The notes: generated by a model not told the origin, from the letters alone. A stretch of DNA of 34,854 bases from a bacterium (GCA_963596755.1 CAVBNJ010000001.1:1-34854); one strand, 5' to 3'. Positions 18,320 through 28,516 are shown, counted from the first letter of the stretch. Translations and numbers: made by a program.

Positions 18320-18402
18320 AATATTATAAAATATAGGTATTAGACATAGGAGACTGGGTGGCTTTATAATAAAACCAGAAAATATGCTAGGAGGATAGGA
18401 TC

Positions 18403-19170
18403 ATGGCAAAAATTACACAGACAGCAGGAAGAAATGCGCTCGGAGAGTTTGCTCCGCAGTTCGCTCATTTTAATGATGACGTTCTCTTTGGAGAGAACTG
18501 GAATAACGAAGACATTGACGTAAAGACAAGAAGCATCATCACTGTAGTTGCACTGATGGCATCCGGTGTGACGGATTCTTCTTTGAAATTCCATCTGCAG
18601 AACGCAAAAGCACACGGCGTTACCCAGAAGGAAATCGCAGCAATTATTACCCACGTTGCTTTCTATGCAGGCTGGCCGAAAGGATGGGCCGTATTTAACA
18701 TGGCGAAAGAAGTCTGGAGCAACGGCGAGGGCGATCTTCCGTATGAGGACGAGGTAATGCGTGCCCATGCAAAAGAAATGGTATTCCCGATCGGCGAGCC
18801 GAATGACGGTTTTGCACAGTATTTCTCCGGCAAGAGCTATCTGGCACCGGTATCCACAAGCCAGGTCGGCATCTTCAACGTAACCTTCGAGCCGGGCTGC
18901 CGCAACAACTGGCATATCCATCACGCAAAGAGCGGCGGCGGACAGATCTTGATCTGCGTTGCCGGACGCGGCTATTATCAGGAAGAGGGCAAAGAAGCCA
19001 TCGAGATGAAACCGGGCGACTGCGTCAACATCCCGGCAGGCGTAAAACACTGGCACGGCGCAGCGCCGGATTGCTGGTTCAGCCATCTTGCCGTAGAAGT
19101 AGCAGGCGAAGAAACCTCCAACGAGTGGTGCGAGCCGGTATCGGATGAAGAGTATGGAAAATTAAAATAA
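18403..19170 (+). CDS. Carboxymuconolactone decarboxylase family protein fused to a cupin domain
   Basis: NDDVLFGENW, AFYAGWPKG; VTFEPGCRNNWHIH, HWHGA. Confidence 0.9.
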   Translation: MAKITQTAGRNALGEFAPQFAHFNDDVLFGENWNNEDIDVKTRSIITVVALMASGVTDSSLKFHLQNAKAHGVTQKEIAAIITHVAFYAGWPKGWAVFNMAKEVWSNGEGDLPYEDEVMRAHAKEMVFPIGEPNDGFAQYFSGKSYLAPVSTSQVGIFNVTFEPGCRNNWHIHHAKSGGGQILICVAGRGYYQEEGKEAIEMKPGDCVNIPAGVKHWHGAAPDCWFSHLAVEVAGEETSNEWCEPVSDEEYGKLK

Positions 19171-19181
19171 AACGGAAACAT

Positions 19182-19230
19182 AAAAAATGCGTGTCTGAGA
19201 GTGTGAAAACTTTCAAACACGCATTTTTTT
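19182..19230. terminator. Bidirectional terminator
   Basis: AAAAAATGCGTGT...ACACGCATTTTTT. Confidence 0.8.
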
Positions 19231-19243
19231 GATGGCGGGATTC

Positions 19244-20137
19244 TTACAGCAGTTCGCGGTCTTTCGCCATAAAGAACAGTGCGATGGTATCTGGTCCGAC
19301 GTGGCCGCCGGTGCAGTAGTCGTAGGAAGTGTTGATGAACTCACGAACTTTCACTTTTTTCTGGATTTCCTGCATCACGTAGAGAGAATCCTCATAAGCA
19401 TCCGCATGAGCGATTCCGACGATCTGGTTTTCCGGATCTTCGATGGTTTCGCAGAAGAGGTGGATCAGTTCATTTAAAACGGCTTTGCGTCCGCGTACGT
19501 TTTTATAGGAAACGATATAGCCTTCTTTATTTCCGCGCAGAATCGGTTTGATTTTCAGCATATTTCCGACAACAGCGACGCTTCCCTTGATTCTTCCGGT
19601 GTGGGAAAGGTATTTCAGGTCGCCGACGGTGAAAACGCCGTTCATTTTGCCGACGTAGGTTTCGAGAAGATCTGCGGCTTCGTCTACATCCATGCCCTTG
19701 TCGCGCATTTCCGTGGCATAGATGGCGAGGATGCCCTGTGCGAGAGAGGCGTTGAGGGAATCGACGAGGCGGATTTTGCGTTTTTCACCGTACTCCTCAA
19801 GAAGTTCCTCAGCAGCAAGTCTTGCCGAGTTATAATTTCCGCTGATATTTTTACTTAAAGAAAAATAGATCACATCCTGACCCGCCTCGAGAGCAGTGCG
19901 GAATGCATCTTCAAAATTCGCGGTGCTGATCAGTCCCGTTTTGATTTCGGCGCCGGCGCGCATGGCATCGTAGTATTCTTTTCCTTTGGCGCGTTCTTCT
20001 TCCGGTGTCAGATCCGGATCAAAGCAGACCAGTTCTTTTCCATTCACAAGATTGACGAAAGAAACGACATGGATATCGTATTTTTTCGCGGTAACAGCAG
20101 GCAGATTGGCTGCTGAGTCAACAAAAACCTGAAACAT
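19244..20137 (-). CDS. DegV family fatty acid-binding protein
   Basis: VDSAANL, SKNISGNYNSA, LKYL..TGRI, IKPIL, HVGP; AAAGGAG RBS. Confidence 0.92.
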   Translation of the reverse strand: MFQVFVDSAANLPAVTAKKYDIHVVSFVNLVNGKELVCFDPDLTPEEERAKGKEYYDAMRAGAEIKTGLISTANFEDAFRTALEAGQDVIYFSLSKNISGNYNSARLAAEELLEEYGEKRKIRLVDSLNASLAQGILAIYATEMRDKGMDVDEAADLLETYVGKMNGVFTVGDLKYLSHTGRIKGSVAVVGNMLKIKPILRGNKEGYIVSYKNVRGRKAVLNELIHLFCETIEDPENQIVGIAHADAYEDSLYVMQEIQKKVKVREFINTSYDYCTGGHVGPDTIALFFMAKDRELL

Positions 20138-20255
20138 AAAAAATCTCCTTTGTAATAGAAATGTCCCCCAGATTATGCAACTTTTGATAAGCATTGTAAC
20201 ACATTGTATCACCAAAGAAGAGGCATTTCAATGGAGGATTTTCTTGATTTGTACA

Positions 20256-20307
20256 TTGACAAAAGACTAAAAATAATATATAATCCTAATTAAGAAAAGA
20301 TCCTAAT
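20256..20307 (+). promoter_or_regulatory. Consensus sigma-A promoter with a candidate repressor site
   Basis: TTGACA (20256)-17 bp-TATAAT (20279); imperfect inverted repeat ATTAAGA-N5-TCCTAAT at 20289-20307. Confidence 0.75.
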
Positions 20308-20319
20308 AAGGAGAGCGCC

Positions 20320-20715
20320 ATGGAACGAAGAAATACGATTCAAAAAGAAATGGTTCTGCAGACGGTGCAGGGGCTGAAACGCCATTTGACGGCGGAAGAA
20401 GTGTATGAATTCATCAAAAAAGATCATCCTACCATAGGAAAGGGAACGGTGTACCGAAACCTCGGCATTCTGGCGGAGGAGGGGGCGATCCGGAAAGTGG
20501 AAGTCCCGGACGGACCGGACCGGTTCGATTTTACGCTGAAAAATCATTACCATGTAGAATGTATCCGGTGCGGAGAAATTTTCGACGTCGATATGGATGA
20601 GGTGACCGATCTGAACGAAAGAATTCATGATACGCATGGCATGCAGTTTTTGAATTACGATATTTTCTTCAAAGGAATCTGCCTGGCGTGCAGAGCAAAA
20701 GAAACGGAGGAATGA
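20320..20715 (+). CDS. Fur-family repressor, probably PerR-like
   Basis: [26 protein letters not shown]-terminal CLAC; heads a rubrerythrin operon. Confidence 0.9.
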   Translation: MERRNTIQKEMVLQTVQGLKRHLTAEEVYEFIKKDHPTIGKGTVYRNLGILAEEGAIRKVEVPDGPDRFDFTLKNHYHVECIRCGEIFDVDMDEVTDLNERIHDTHGMQFLNYDIFFKGICLACRAKETEE

Positions 20716-20717
20716 GG

Positions 20718-21932
20718 ATGGATAAAAAAGCGATGTACAAACTGAGCTACGGTCTGTTCGTGCTGACGGCGAAGGAAGCGGAGAAGGACAACGGATGTAT
20801 CATCAACACCGCAATTCAGGCATCATCGGAGCCGAATCAGCTGAGTATCTGTGTGAATAAACTGAATTACACGCACGATATGGTGCTGCGGACCGGCGAG
20901 TTTACCGTATCGGTTCTGAGCCAGAATGCGAAATTTGATCTGTTCAAACAGTTCGGCTTCCAGTCGGGACGGGATGTCGATAAGTTTGAAAACTTTGGTG
21001 CATGTGCCCGCGGGGCAAATGGGATTTATTACATCACCGAAGGAACGAATGCTTACATTTCCGTGAAGGTGAAAAAGACGGAGGATCTGGGATCGCATAC
21101 GATGTTTATCGGTGAGATTACAGACATGGAAGTTTTGAGTGATGCGCCGTCGGTAACGTATGCGTATTATCTGGAAAACATCAAACCGAAGCCGCAGGCA
21201 GTTGGAAAAACCGAGAGCGGCCAAACGGTATGGCGCTGTACGATCTGTGGTTACGAGTACGTAGGCGAGGAACTGCCGGAGGATTTTGTATGTCCTCTGT
21301 GCAAGCACCCGGCATCTGATTTTGAGAAGGTTGTAAAAACAGTGACAATAGAAAAACTAGAAAAAACAGAGAAAACGGAGGAAATCAAAATGGCAGCAAA
21401 CAAGTACGCGGGAACACAGACAGAGAAAAACTTACAGGAAGCATTTTCCGGTGAATCACAGGCTAGAAATAAATATACGTATTTTGCATCCGTAGCGAAA
21501 AAAGAAGGATACGAGCAGATGGCAGCTCTCTTCCTGAAAACAGCAGATAATGAGAAAGAGCATGCAAAAATGTGGTTCAAAGAACTCGCAGGCATCGGCG
21601 ACACCAAGGCAAATCTGGCGGCAGCCGCAGAAGGTGAAAACTACGAGTGGACCGATATGTACGAAGGCTTTGCAAAAACCGCCGAGGAAGAAGGCTTCCC
21701 GGAATTGGCTGCAAAATTCCGCGCGGTCGGTGAGATCGAGAAACATCACGAGGAGAGATACCGCGCACTGCTGAAAAACATCGAGACAGCACAGGTATTT
21801 GAAAAGAGCGAAGTAAAAGTCTGGGAATGCCGGAACTGCGGCCACATCGTAGTCGGCACCAAAGCCCCGGAAGTATGCCCGGTATGCGCGCATCCGCAGA
21901 GCTATTTTGAGGTGAGAGAAGAGAATTACTAA
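20718..21932 (+). CDS. Flavin reductase-rubredoxin-rubrerythrin fusion protein
   Basis: [60 protein letters not shown]; internal GGAGG+ATG at 21390. Confidence 0.88.
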   Translation: MDKKAMYKLSYGLFVLTAKEAEKDNGCIINTAIQASSEPNQLSICVNKLNYTHDMVLRTGEFTVSVLSQNAKFDLFKQFGFQSGRDVDKFENFGACARGANGIYYITEGTNAYISVKVKKTEDLGSHTMFIGEITDMEVLSDAPSVTYAYYLENIKPKPQAVGKTESGQTVWRCTICGYEYVGEELPEDFVCPLCKHPASDFEKVVKTVTIEKLEKTEKTEEIKMAANKYAGTQTEKNLQEAFSGESQARNKYTYFASVAKKEGYEQMAALFLKTADNEKEHAKMWFKELAGIGDTKANLAAAAEGENYEWTDMYEGFAKTAEEEGFPELAAKFRAVGEIEKHHEERYRALLKNIETAQVFEKSEVKVWECRNCGHIVVGTKAPEVCPVCAHPQSYFEVREENY

Positions 21933-21970
21933 AAAACATTTGCAGAAACAGAAAATGAATGATTGATAAA

Positions 21971-22020
21971 GAAGGGAACGCCGGAGCATAGGAAGAAAAA
22001 GCTGTTGGCGTTCCCTTTTT
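21971..22020 (+). terminator. Intrinsic terminator
   Basis: AAGGGAACGCC...GGCGTTCCCTTTTT. Confidence 0.75.
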
Positions 22021-22048
22021 CTAACAGAACAATAGAAAAAGAAAGGCG

Positions 22049-22759
22049 ATGCCTATGAAAGAAAAAATCAGAGTTTTATCGGGAGCGCAGCTGAAATATA
22101 TTGCATTTTTGTCCATGCTGATCGATCACGTGAACAAGGCGCTGATTTATCCATATCTGAACGGCGGGATGATGAACTACATCAGCAGTCTGTTTGATAT
22201 TCTGGGAAGAATTGCATTTCCGATTTTTATCTTTCTGCTGGTGGAAGGATTTTTTAAAACGCGGAACCGCTGGAAATATCTGGGAATGCTGCTGGTGTTT
22301 GGAGTAATCTCCGAGATCCCGTTTGATCTGTTCACGACAGGATCTGTTTATGAGCCCAACTGGAACAATATCATGTTTACAATGGCGCTGGTGCTGGTTA
22401 CGATCTGGATCATCGACGTTCTGAAAGGGAAAATGCAGAAATTCCCAAAAGCCGCATGGTATCTGGTCTCGCTTGTGATTCTGGCGGCCATGTGTTTTCT
22501 GGCATCTGATTTGAGTCTTGACTATGAATATCATGCAGTGCTGATCGGATACGTTTATTATCTGTTCCATGACCGCCTTCTTCTCACCGTCCCGCTCAAT
22601 TTCCTGTGCATGTACAAAGAACCCTGGGCACTGCTGGGCTTCGGACTGGTGCTTACATATAACGGAAAAAGAGGAAAACAGAATAAACTGGTCAACTATC
22701 TGTTTTATCCGGTGCATATGCTGATTCTGGGAATGATGCGTATTTGGCTGGGGATCTGA
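22049..22759 (+). CDS. TraX family membrane protein (putative acyltransferase)
   Basis: LKYIAFLSMLIDH, GRIAFPIF, EGFFKTR, ISEIPFD, YNGKRG, FYPVH. Confidence 0.88.
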   Translation: MPMKEKIRVLSGAQLKYIAFLSMLIDHVNKALIYPYLNGGMMNYISSLFDILGRIAFPIFIFLLVEGFFKTRNRWKYLGMLLVFGVISEIPFDLFTTGSVYEPNWNNIMFTMALVLVTIWIIDVLKGKMQKFPKAAWYLVSLVILAAMCFLASDLSLDYEYHAVLIGYVYYLFHDRLLLTVPLNFLCMYKEPWALLGFGLVLTYNGKRGKQNKLVNYLFYPVHMLILGMMRIWLGI

Positions 22760-22769
22760 GCAGGATATG

Positions 22770-22812
22770 AAAAATCCGTTCCGGGAGAAAAACTCCGGGG
22801 AACGGATTTTTT
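22770..22812. terminator. Bidirectional terminator
   Basis: AAAAATCCGTTCC...GGAACGGATTTTT. Confidence 0.85.
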
Positions 22813-22827
22813 GCGGGTTATAAAATT

Positions 22828-24186
22828 TTATTGGGCAAAAGCAAGATGTCTGGTTTTGTAAAAATAGTAAATTACCATCGCAGCAGCAGTCAGAATCCAG
22901 GAAACCGGGCAGGAGAGGATGATGCCGTATAAGCTGTTCAGCGCTGGAAAAGCAGGGAGGACTGTGCAGATCCAGAGGATGCGGATGCCGCAGAGTCCGG
23001 CGATATTTAAAATCATGGGAACGATCACAACACCCATGCCGCGGAGCGCACTACCTGTGATTTCGAAAAAGGCAACCAGGATATAGTATGGAGCGATCGC
23101 TTTTAATACCTGCATGCCGGAGGCAATGACGGCTGAGTCTTTGGTAAACAGATAAAACAGAGAGTGACCAAACAGCAAGAAAAAGACAGATAAAAAGCCG
23201 GAAAGCAGCACATCCATGCCGAGGCAGACGCCGATTCCTTTTCTCACGCGTTCCTTTTTTCCGGCCCCGAGATTCTGACCGACGAAGGTTGATACGGATA
23301 CAGAAAATGCCGTCGAAATCATCCAGAAAATCTGATCCAGTTTTGCGTAGGAGGTATTTCCAGCCATTGCAGCGGTTCCGAGACTGTTGATGGCAAAGGT
23401 CATCACCATGCCGGACAGGCTGTTCATGATGCTCTGCAGCGCCGCCGGGAAACCAATCCATAAGATTTCGCGGAGAATCTGCGTGTCCAGATGCATGGAG
23501 CGAAGCACAAGATGATGATTGCCGCCAAGGTCGAGACGGCACAGCGCACGGAGGGTCAGAAGAGCGCTTACGGCCTGTGCCGTAACGGTTGCGATTGCCA
23601 CACCGGCTACGCCGAGACGGAAAAACGCAACGAGAATCACATCAAGAAAAATGTTGATAAAACAGCACACAATCAGATAATACAACGGCCGTCGGCTGTC
23701 GCCCAGTGCACGGAGAATGGCGGAACCGACATTGTAGAGAAATACAAAAAGGATGCCGGCAAAATAAATGCGAAGATAAGCGGCGGAAGATGCCATGATT
23801 TCTTTCGGTGTATTCAGCAGATGAAGCATCGCCGGCGTGAAAAGAATGCCAGGCACCGTGAGCAGAATGCCGCCGAGGAGTGACAGGAGAAGAGATGTCT
23901 GGATTCCTTGATGAACATTTGCGGAATCCTTTGCCCCATAAAACCGGGAAACAATAATCGTCACACCGGAAGAAAGACCGACAAACAATCCTACCACAAG
24001 ATTAATTACCATTCCTGACGATCCGCCCACGCTTGCAATCGCATCCGCACCGACAAACTGTCCGACGACGACTACATCGACGGCATTATATAATTGCTGA
24101 AACAACGTACCAAACATAATCGGCAGACAGAACAGAAGCAACTGCTTCCAGATGGTTCCTTCTGTCAGATCAACATTCTTTTTCAT
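22828..24186 (-). CDS. MATE family efflux transporter
   Basis: QQLYNAVD, LRALGDSRRP, NIFLD, GVAGVAIAT, GQNLGA. Confidence 0.93.
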   Translation of the reverse strand: MKKNVDLTEGTIWKQLLLFCLPIMFGTLFQQLYNAVDVVVVGQFVGADAIASVGGSSGMVINLVVGLFVGLSSGVTIIVSRFYGAKDSANVHQGIQTSLLLSLLGGILLTVPGILFTPAMLHLLNTPKEIMASSAAYLRIYFAGILFVFLYNVGSAILRALGDSRRPLYYLIVCCFINIFLDVILVAFFRLGVAGVAIATVTAQAVSALLTLRALCRLDLGGNHHLVLRSMHLDTQILREILWIGFPAALQSIMNSLSGMVMTFAINSLGTAAMAGNTSYAKLDQIFWMISTAFSVSVSTFVGQNLGAGKKERVRKGIGVCLGMDVLLSGFLSVFFLLFGHSLFYLFTKDSAVIASGMQVLKAIAPYYILVAFFEITGSALRGMGVVIVPMILNIAGLCGIRILWICTVLPAFPALNSLYGIILSCPVSWILTAAAMVIYYFYKTRHLAFAQ

Positions 24187-24221
24187 AGGAATCCTCCATT
24201 CATTCGTTTTTCGTTATCTTT

Positions 24222-24289
24222 ATCATATCGGAGAAATGAGCGGGGGAGAAGTACGCACAAATCTATTACCAAGTTATAAAAAAGTGACT
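24222..24289 (-). promoter_or_regulatory. MATE promoter with two operator boxes matching the acgA/hxlR array
   Basis: AAGTACGCACAAATCTATTACC (24249-70) is identical to 16087-108; GTTAT-N6-GTGAC at 24273; minus-strand TATGAT at the same offset as at acgA. Confidence 0.8.
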
Positions 24290-24413
24290 GTGGAAAAGGT
24301 GATTTTCAGAAGAAATAGTATATAAAAATTCTTTTTCATGTGATAAGATAAAATAGAAAAATGGCATAAAGACAGCCATAACTGTACAAAAGAAAACACG
24401 GGGGAAAAGTAAA

Positions 24414-25064
24414 ATGGGGGAGTATTTTAAAAATATCAACTGGAAACACGTTTTGATCATGTGTATCGGAAATATTCTTGCGGGTATGGGGATTGCGATT
24501 TTTAAGCTTGCGGGGCTTGGAACGGATCCGTTCAGCGGGATGAATATGGCGGTTGCGGAGAAGCTTGGGATGGCGTATGGTAATTTTCAGCTTCTGGTAA
24601 ATATTGTTTTGTTGATTGTGGAGCTTTTGTTTGGAAGAATGTTTCTTGGAATGGGAACGGTTGTAAATGCGGTGTTTCTGGCGTACATCTGTACTTTTTT
24701 CTACAACATCTTCACCAACATCATGGGTCTTGCACTCACCGCTATGCCGGCCAGACTGCTTGCGTTATGCATCGGCGTTCTGATCTGCTGTCTGGGACTG
24801 TCCATGTACCAGATGCCGAACGAGGGCGTCGCCCCATACGACAGCCTGTCCCTGATCATGACCCGCAAATGGCCGAAAATCCCGTACTTCTGGCACAGAA
24901 TGTCGAACGATGTCGTCTGTGCACTCATCTGCTATTTCGCAGGAGGCGTGATTGGAATCGGAACACTGGTGACGGCGTTTGGACTCGGACCGGTCATTCA
25001 TTTCTTTAACAGACATTTCACTGGAAAACTGCTGGCAAGAGTGGACGGAACGGAAATAAAATAA
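24414..25064 (+). CDS. YczE/YitT-like membrane protein
   Basis: AGLGTDPF, GVAPYD, GIGTLVTAFGLGP. Confidence 0.85.
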   Translation: MGEYFKNINWKHVLIMCIGNILAGMGIAIFKLAGLGTDPFSGMNMAVAEKLGMAYGNFQLLVNIVLLIVELLFGRMFLGMGTVVNAVFLAYICTFFYNIFTNIMGLALTAMPARLLALCIGVLICCLGLSMYQMPNEGVAPYDSLSLIMTRKWPKIPYFWHRMSNDVVCALICYFAGGVIGIGTLVTAFGLGPVIHFFNRHFTGKLLARVDGTEIK

Positions 25065-25073
25065 AAAACAAGA

Positions 25074-25110
25074 AAATCCACCTGTCGTTACCAAGAGAGG
25101 TGGATTTTTT
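25074..25110 (+). terminator. Intrinsic terminator
   Basis: AAAATCCACCT...AGGTGGATTTTTT. Confidence 0.75.
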
Positions 25111-25131
25111 ATGGAAACAGATAGTAAAGCA

Positions 25132-25222
25132 TTGTACTATTTGTATTTAAATGGTAAAATAAATAGATAATATATGATCTATATTGAATGAAAAACAGTA
25201 TATTTAGATAAAATATGGTCTA
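25132..25222 (+). promoter_or_regulatory. Promoter and two 18-bp operators
   Basis: TTGTAC-17-TAAAAT with extended TG; TAGAT-N8-ATCTA (25164-81) and TAGAT-N8-GTCTA (25205-22). Confidence 0.7.
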
Positions 25223-25239
25223 TGAGAAAGAGGTGCAGA

Positions 25240-25548
25240 ATGGAACAATTTATATGGGAAACCCCGGAAGAAATGGATCAGAAACTGGCACAGCGGGTAC
25301 GGAATGTCAGAAAAAGGCGTTCGATTACGCAGGAAAAATTAGCATCCATGAGCGGAGTAAGCTACGGTTCAATTAAAAGATTCGAAACGACAGGCCAAAT
25401 TTCCCTGCTGTCTTTAACCAAAATTGCAATCGCGCTGGATCTCGCAGATGAACTCAGAGATATTTTCACACAGGTACCTTATAAAGATATTCAGGAGGTT
25501 ATTAATGAGTCCAGACAGACAAGAAAGAATAACAGAATCTCTTTCTAA
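25240..25548 (+). CDS. XRE-family HTH protein (HipB-like antitoxin type)
   Basis: TQEKLASMSGVSYGSIKRFETTGQISLLSL; GAGGTG RBS. Confidence 0.8.
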   Translation: MEQFIWETPEEMDQKLAQRVRNVRKRRSITQEKLASMSGVSYGSIKRFETTGQISLLSLTKIAIALDLADELRDIFTQVPYKDIQEVINESRQTRKNNRISF

Positions 25549-25553
25549 TAAAG

Positions 25554-25602
25554 AAAAGGGAGTGAACTCATCAGTTAAGTTATGACGGGTTCACTCCTTT
25601 TT
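25554..25602. terminator. Bidirectional terminator
   Basis: GGAGTGAAC...GTTCACTCC flanked by A and T runs. Confidence 0.75.
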
Positions 25603-25605
25603 TAG

Positions 25606-26817
25606 TTATGCCCCAAAACAAGCATCAATCTCCTCAACAATCCCCGCATCAATCCACCCTTTCCCCGCCATATCGCGCAGGATGCCATATGCCTTTTCGT
25701 GCGGCATCCCCTGCTTATAGGGCCGGCTTTCGGTCAGGGCCTGGTAGATGTCGATGCAGGCCATCATGCGTTCCTGGGTGTTCAGGTCGGCGGCGGATTT
25801 TCCGAACGGATATCCCGATCCGTCCAGCCGTTCGTGGTGGAAGGCGGCCCAGTCGCGGATTTCCTCGAAATCGTCGACGCCGGACAGAATGTAATACGTG
25901 TATGCGGCGTGATGCTTCATGGTCTTGAATTCATCTTCGGTCAGTTTTCCCGGCTTTTCAAGAATTTCGTTTCCAATCGCAACTTTCCCGATATCGTGCA
26001 GCGCCCCGGCGAGATACATTTTCTGCGCCGTCTCTTCGTCAAACCCCATATGCCGCGCCAGCATTTCCGCATCAACGGCGACGCCGATGGAATGGGTGCT
26101 GGTAAATGGCGATTTATAGTCGACGATCCGCGCAAAGAAATCAGCCAGTGCCTTAATCTGAGAAAAATTGAGATCCTGTTTGATCCGCGGAACTTTGCTC
26201 CACAGAGCGGTCTCCAGATTTTCGTCGTTCAGAGAAATGAAATGCGATTCCGAAAAAGCGCGCAGAAATGCGTCCACGCAGATATCATCAAAAACACGGC
26301 CCCGCGCCTTCTGAAGAAATCGGTTCGCTTTTTCCCAGGTATCATCGGCAAACGACTTTGTGCGGCAGCTCACATCCAGCAGATCACACAGATGAATGAT
26401 GCGTGCAAACAGCGGAACCTCCGTCCAGGTTTTGCCAAAAGGGCCGCTGCCGTCCGCATTTTCGTGGTGATACAGAATCACATTCGAAACATCGGTATGA
26501 AAAGGCAGCTCCCGGACATTCTCCTCACCCTGTGAACAGTGCATCCCCACCTGCGGAAATTCCTGCGTAGCAGAAGCATGTGCAATATCGCTGTGCAGCT
26601 CCTCCTGAATATACTGCGTCAGCGCATTGTCGTGCAGCAGCGCACAGACCGCCAGATCCTGCAGCTCCTTTCCGCGAATCCCCATCTGTTCTGCTGTGCA
26701 GACACTCATATAGGCAACCCGCTTCGCATGCCTGTCCGTTACGTGAACAAGTTCCGCCTCCACACAGTCCAGCGCGTAGGAGCAGGCCGATAATAATCCT
26801 AAGACATCCAATTCCAT
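25606..26817 (-). CDS. Tandem HD / HD-GYP domain phosphohydrolase (putative c-di-GMP phosphodiesterase)
   Basis: LLHD..HHE..DGSGP in the first domain; LHDIGK..HHERLDGSGYP..RPYK in the second. Confidence 0.9.
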   Translation of the reverse strand: MELDVLGLLSACSYALDCVEAELVHVTDRHAKRVAYMSVCTAEQMGIRGKELQDLAVCALLHDNALTQYIQEELHSDIAHASATQEFPQVGMHCSQGEENVRELPFHTDVSNVILYHHENADGSGPFGKTWTEVPLFARIIHLCDLLDVSCRTKSFADDTWEKANRFLQKARGRVFDDICVDAFLRAFSESHFISLNDENLETALWSKVPRIKQDLNFSQIKALADFFARIVDYKSPFTSTHSIGVAVDAEMLARHMGFDEETAQKMYLAGALHDIGKVAIGNEILEKPGKLTEDEFKTMKHHAAYTYYILSGVDDFEEIRDWAAFHHERLDGSGYPFGKSAADLNTQERMMACIDIYQALTESRPYKQGMPHEKAYGILRDMAGKGWIDAGIVEEIDACFGA

Positions 26818-26931
26818 GAAATCATCCTCCCGTTATGGGAAATATTATAATATAAACAGATAGAAATTTGAACAAAAAATGTTTAGAACTTTGCAAACAT
26901 GAAAAAGAACTTTATCAGAGAAAATTTTGAT

Positions 26932-27108
26932 TTGACTTTTGAAAAAACAGGAAATATAATAAGGACGAACGAGTAGCAGACCAGCGTAAATCCAGTTTTG
27001 CTTCTCGTTTTTTTTGATTTTTAAATTCATAATTGCAATGAGAAAAGTGTGTAGCCTGGCGGCGTAAGTCCAACTGATGACGGACGCGGCAGGGGTACAC
27101 ACTTTTTT
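26932..27108 (+). promoter_or_regulatory. Promoter and structured 5' leader with two terminator-like hairpins (candidate attenuator or riboswitch)
   Basis: TTGACT-17-TATAAT; hairpin 26968-27009 with T8; hairpin 27043-27106 with T-run; repeated GCGTAARTCCA. Confidence 0.65.
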
Positions 27109-27135
27109 ATTGCAGAAAGAAAGGAAGAAAACAAA

Positions 27136-28503
27136 ATGGCACAAAGCAACAAAATGAAAGACATGCCGGTCAACCGTCTGATGATTCAGATGGGCATTCC
27201 GATGATCCTGTCGATGGCACTGCAGGCAGTTTACAACATCGTTGACAGCGCGTTCGTCGGAAATATGAAGACCGGCAGCGAGGCTGCATTAAATGCATTA
27301 ACCCTGGTATTTCCGGTTCAGATGCTGATGGTTGCGGTGGGAATCGGCACGGCTGTGGGAACGAATGCACTTCTTGCGAGAACACTGGGACAGGGCAACC
27401 GGAAGAAAGCGGCGAAGGTAGCGGGAAACAGTCTGTTTCTGGGTGTGATTATTTATGCAGTCTGCCTGCTGTTTGGAATTTTTGGAGTAAAAGCTTACAT
27501 CGCATCTCAGACGGTTGATGCGGAGGTACTGGAAATGGGAACCAGTTATCTGCGGATCTGCTGTGTGATTTCCTTTGGAATCATTTTCTTTTCGCTGTTC
27601 GAAAAACTGCTGCAGGCAACAGGCCGATCCCTGTATTCCACGATCGGACAGGTAGTCGGCGCGGTGGTCAACATCATTCTGGACCCCATTATGATTTATG
27701 GTCTTGGACCATGTCCGGAAATGGGAGTAAGAGGTGCTGCTTATGCGACAGTAATTGGACAGGTGGCATCTGCCGTATTACTGTTTTTGTTCCATGTAAA
27801 GCTCAATAAAGAATTCGAACATGGAACGAAATATATGAAGCCGGACGGCGGCATTATAAAAGAAATCTATGCCATCGGACTTCCGGCCATTATTGCACAG
27901 GCGCTGATGTCCATTATGGTGTATGTAATGAATCTGATTCTGAAATTTAATCCATCGGCACAGACCGCTTATGGCTTATTCTATAAAGTACAGCAGTTCG
28001 TTCTGTTTCTTGCATTTGGCTTGCGCGATGCGATCACACCGATTATCGCATTTGCCTATGGAATGCGGAGCAGAAAGAGAATTCAGGATGGAATCAAATA
28101 TGGACTTATTTATACAGTTGTATTAATGATTTTTGGCATTGCAATTACAGAGCTTTTCCCGGGAGCGTTTGCGACGCTGTTTAATGCAGGACAGTCAAGA
28201 GAATATTTTATCAGTGCGATGCGGATCATCTCCATCAGCTTTTTATTTGCAGGAATCAATGTTGCTTATCAGGGAATCTATCAGGCTCTGGACGGTGGTG
28301 TGGAATCGCTGGTGATTTCTCTTTTAAGACAGCTTGTCCTGATTCTGCCGCTGGCAGGAATCTTTTCCATCTTTGTGAGAAATGGTCAGATGGGAATTTC
28401 CCTGATCTGGTGGGCATTTCCGATTACAGAAGTGATTGCGTGTCTGGTAGGATATGGATTTTTGAAAAGAATCAGAAAAAACAGAGTGGATGTTTTGGAA
28501 TAA
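27136..28503 (+). CDS. MATE family efflux transporter
   Basis: [25 protein letters not shown]. Confidence 0.93.
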   Translation: MAQSNKMKDMPVNRLMIQMGIPMILSMALQAVYNIVDSAFVGNMKTGSEAALNALTLVFPVQMLMVAVGIGTAVGTNALLARTLGQGNRKKAAKVAGNSLFLGVIIYAVCLLFGIFGVKAYIASQTVDAEVLEMGTSYLRICCVISFGIIFFSLFEKLLQATGRSLYSTIGQVVGAVVNIILDPIMIYGLGPCPEMGVRGAAYATVIGQVASAVLLFLFHVKLNKEFEHGTKYMKPDGGIIKEIYAIGLPAIIAQALMSIMVYVMNLILKFNPSAQTAYGLFYKVQQFVLFLAFGLRDAITPIIAFAYGMRSRKRIQDGIKYGLIYTVVLMIFGIAITELFPGAFATLFNAGQSREYFISAMRIISISFLFAGINVAYQGIYQALDGGVESLVISLLRQLVLILPLAGIFSIFVRNGQMGISLIWWAFPITEVIACLVGYGFLKRIRKNRVDVLE

Positions 28504-28516
28504 GGGGGAAGCAAAG

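Noticed and set aside
22049..22759. TraX-family gene as evidence of a conjugative element
   Set aside because: No relaxase, coupling protein, T4SS or integrase in the window; stand-alone TraX homologues are common in Firmicutes
27074..27080. CUGAUGA as a hammerhead ribozyme core
   Set aside because: No following stem II and GAAA element; the heptamer sits in a hairpin loop
27061..27086. PyrR binding loop or guanidine-IV aptamer in the MATE leader
   Set aside because: AGUCC is present but the GAGGYU part is not, and I do not see the ACCG-loop/CGGU kissing pair; left unassigned pending cmscan
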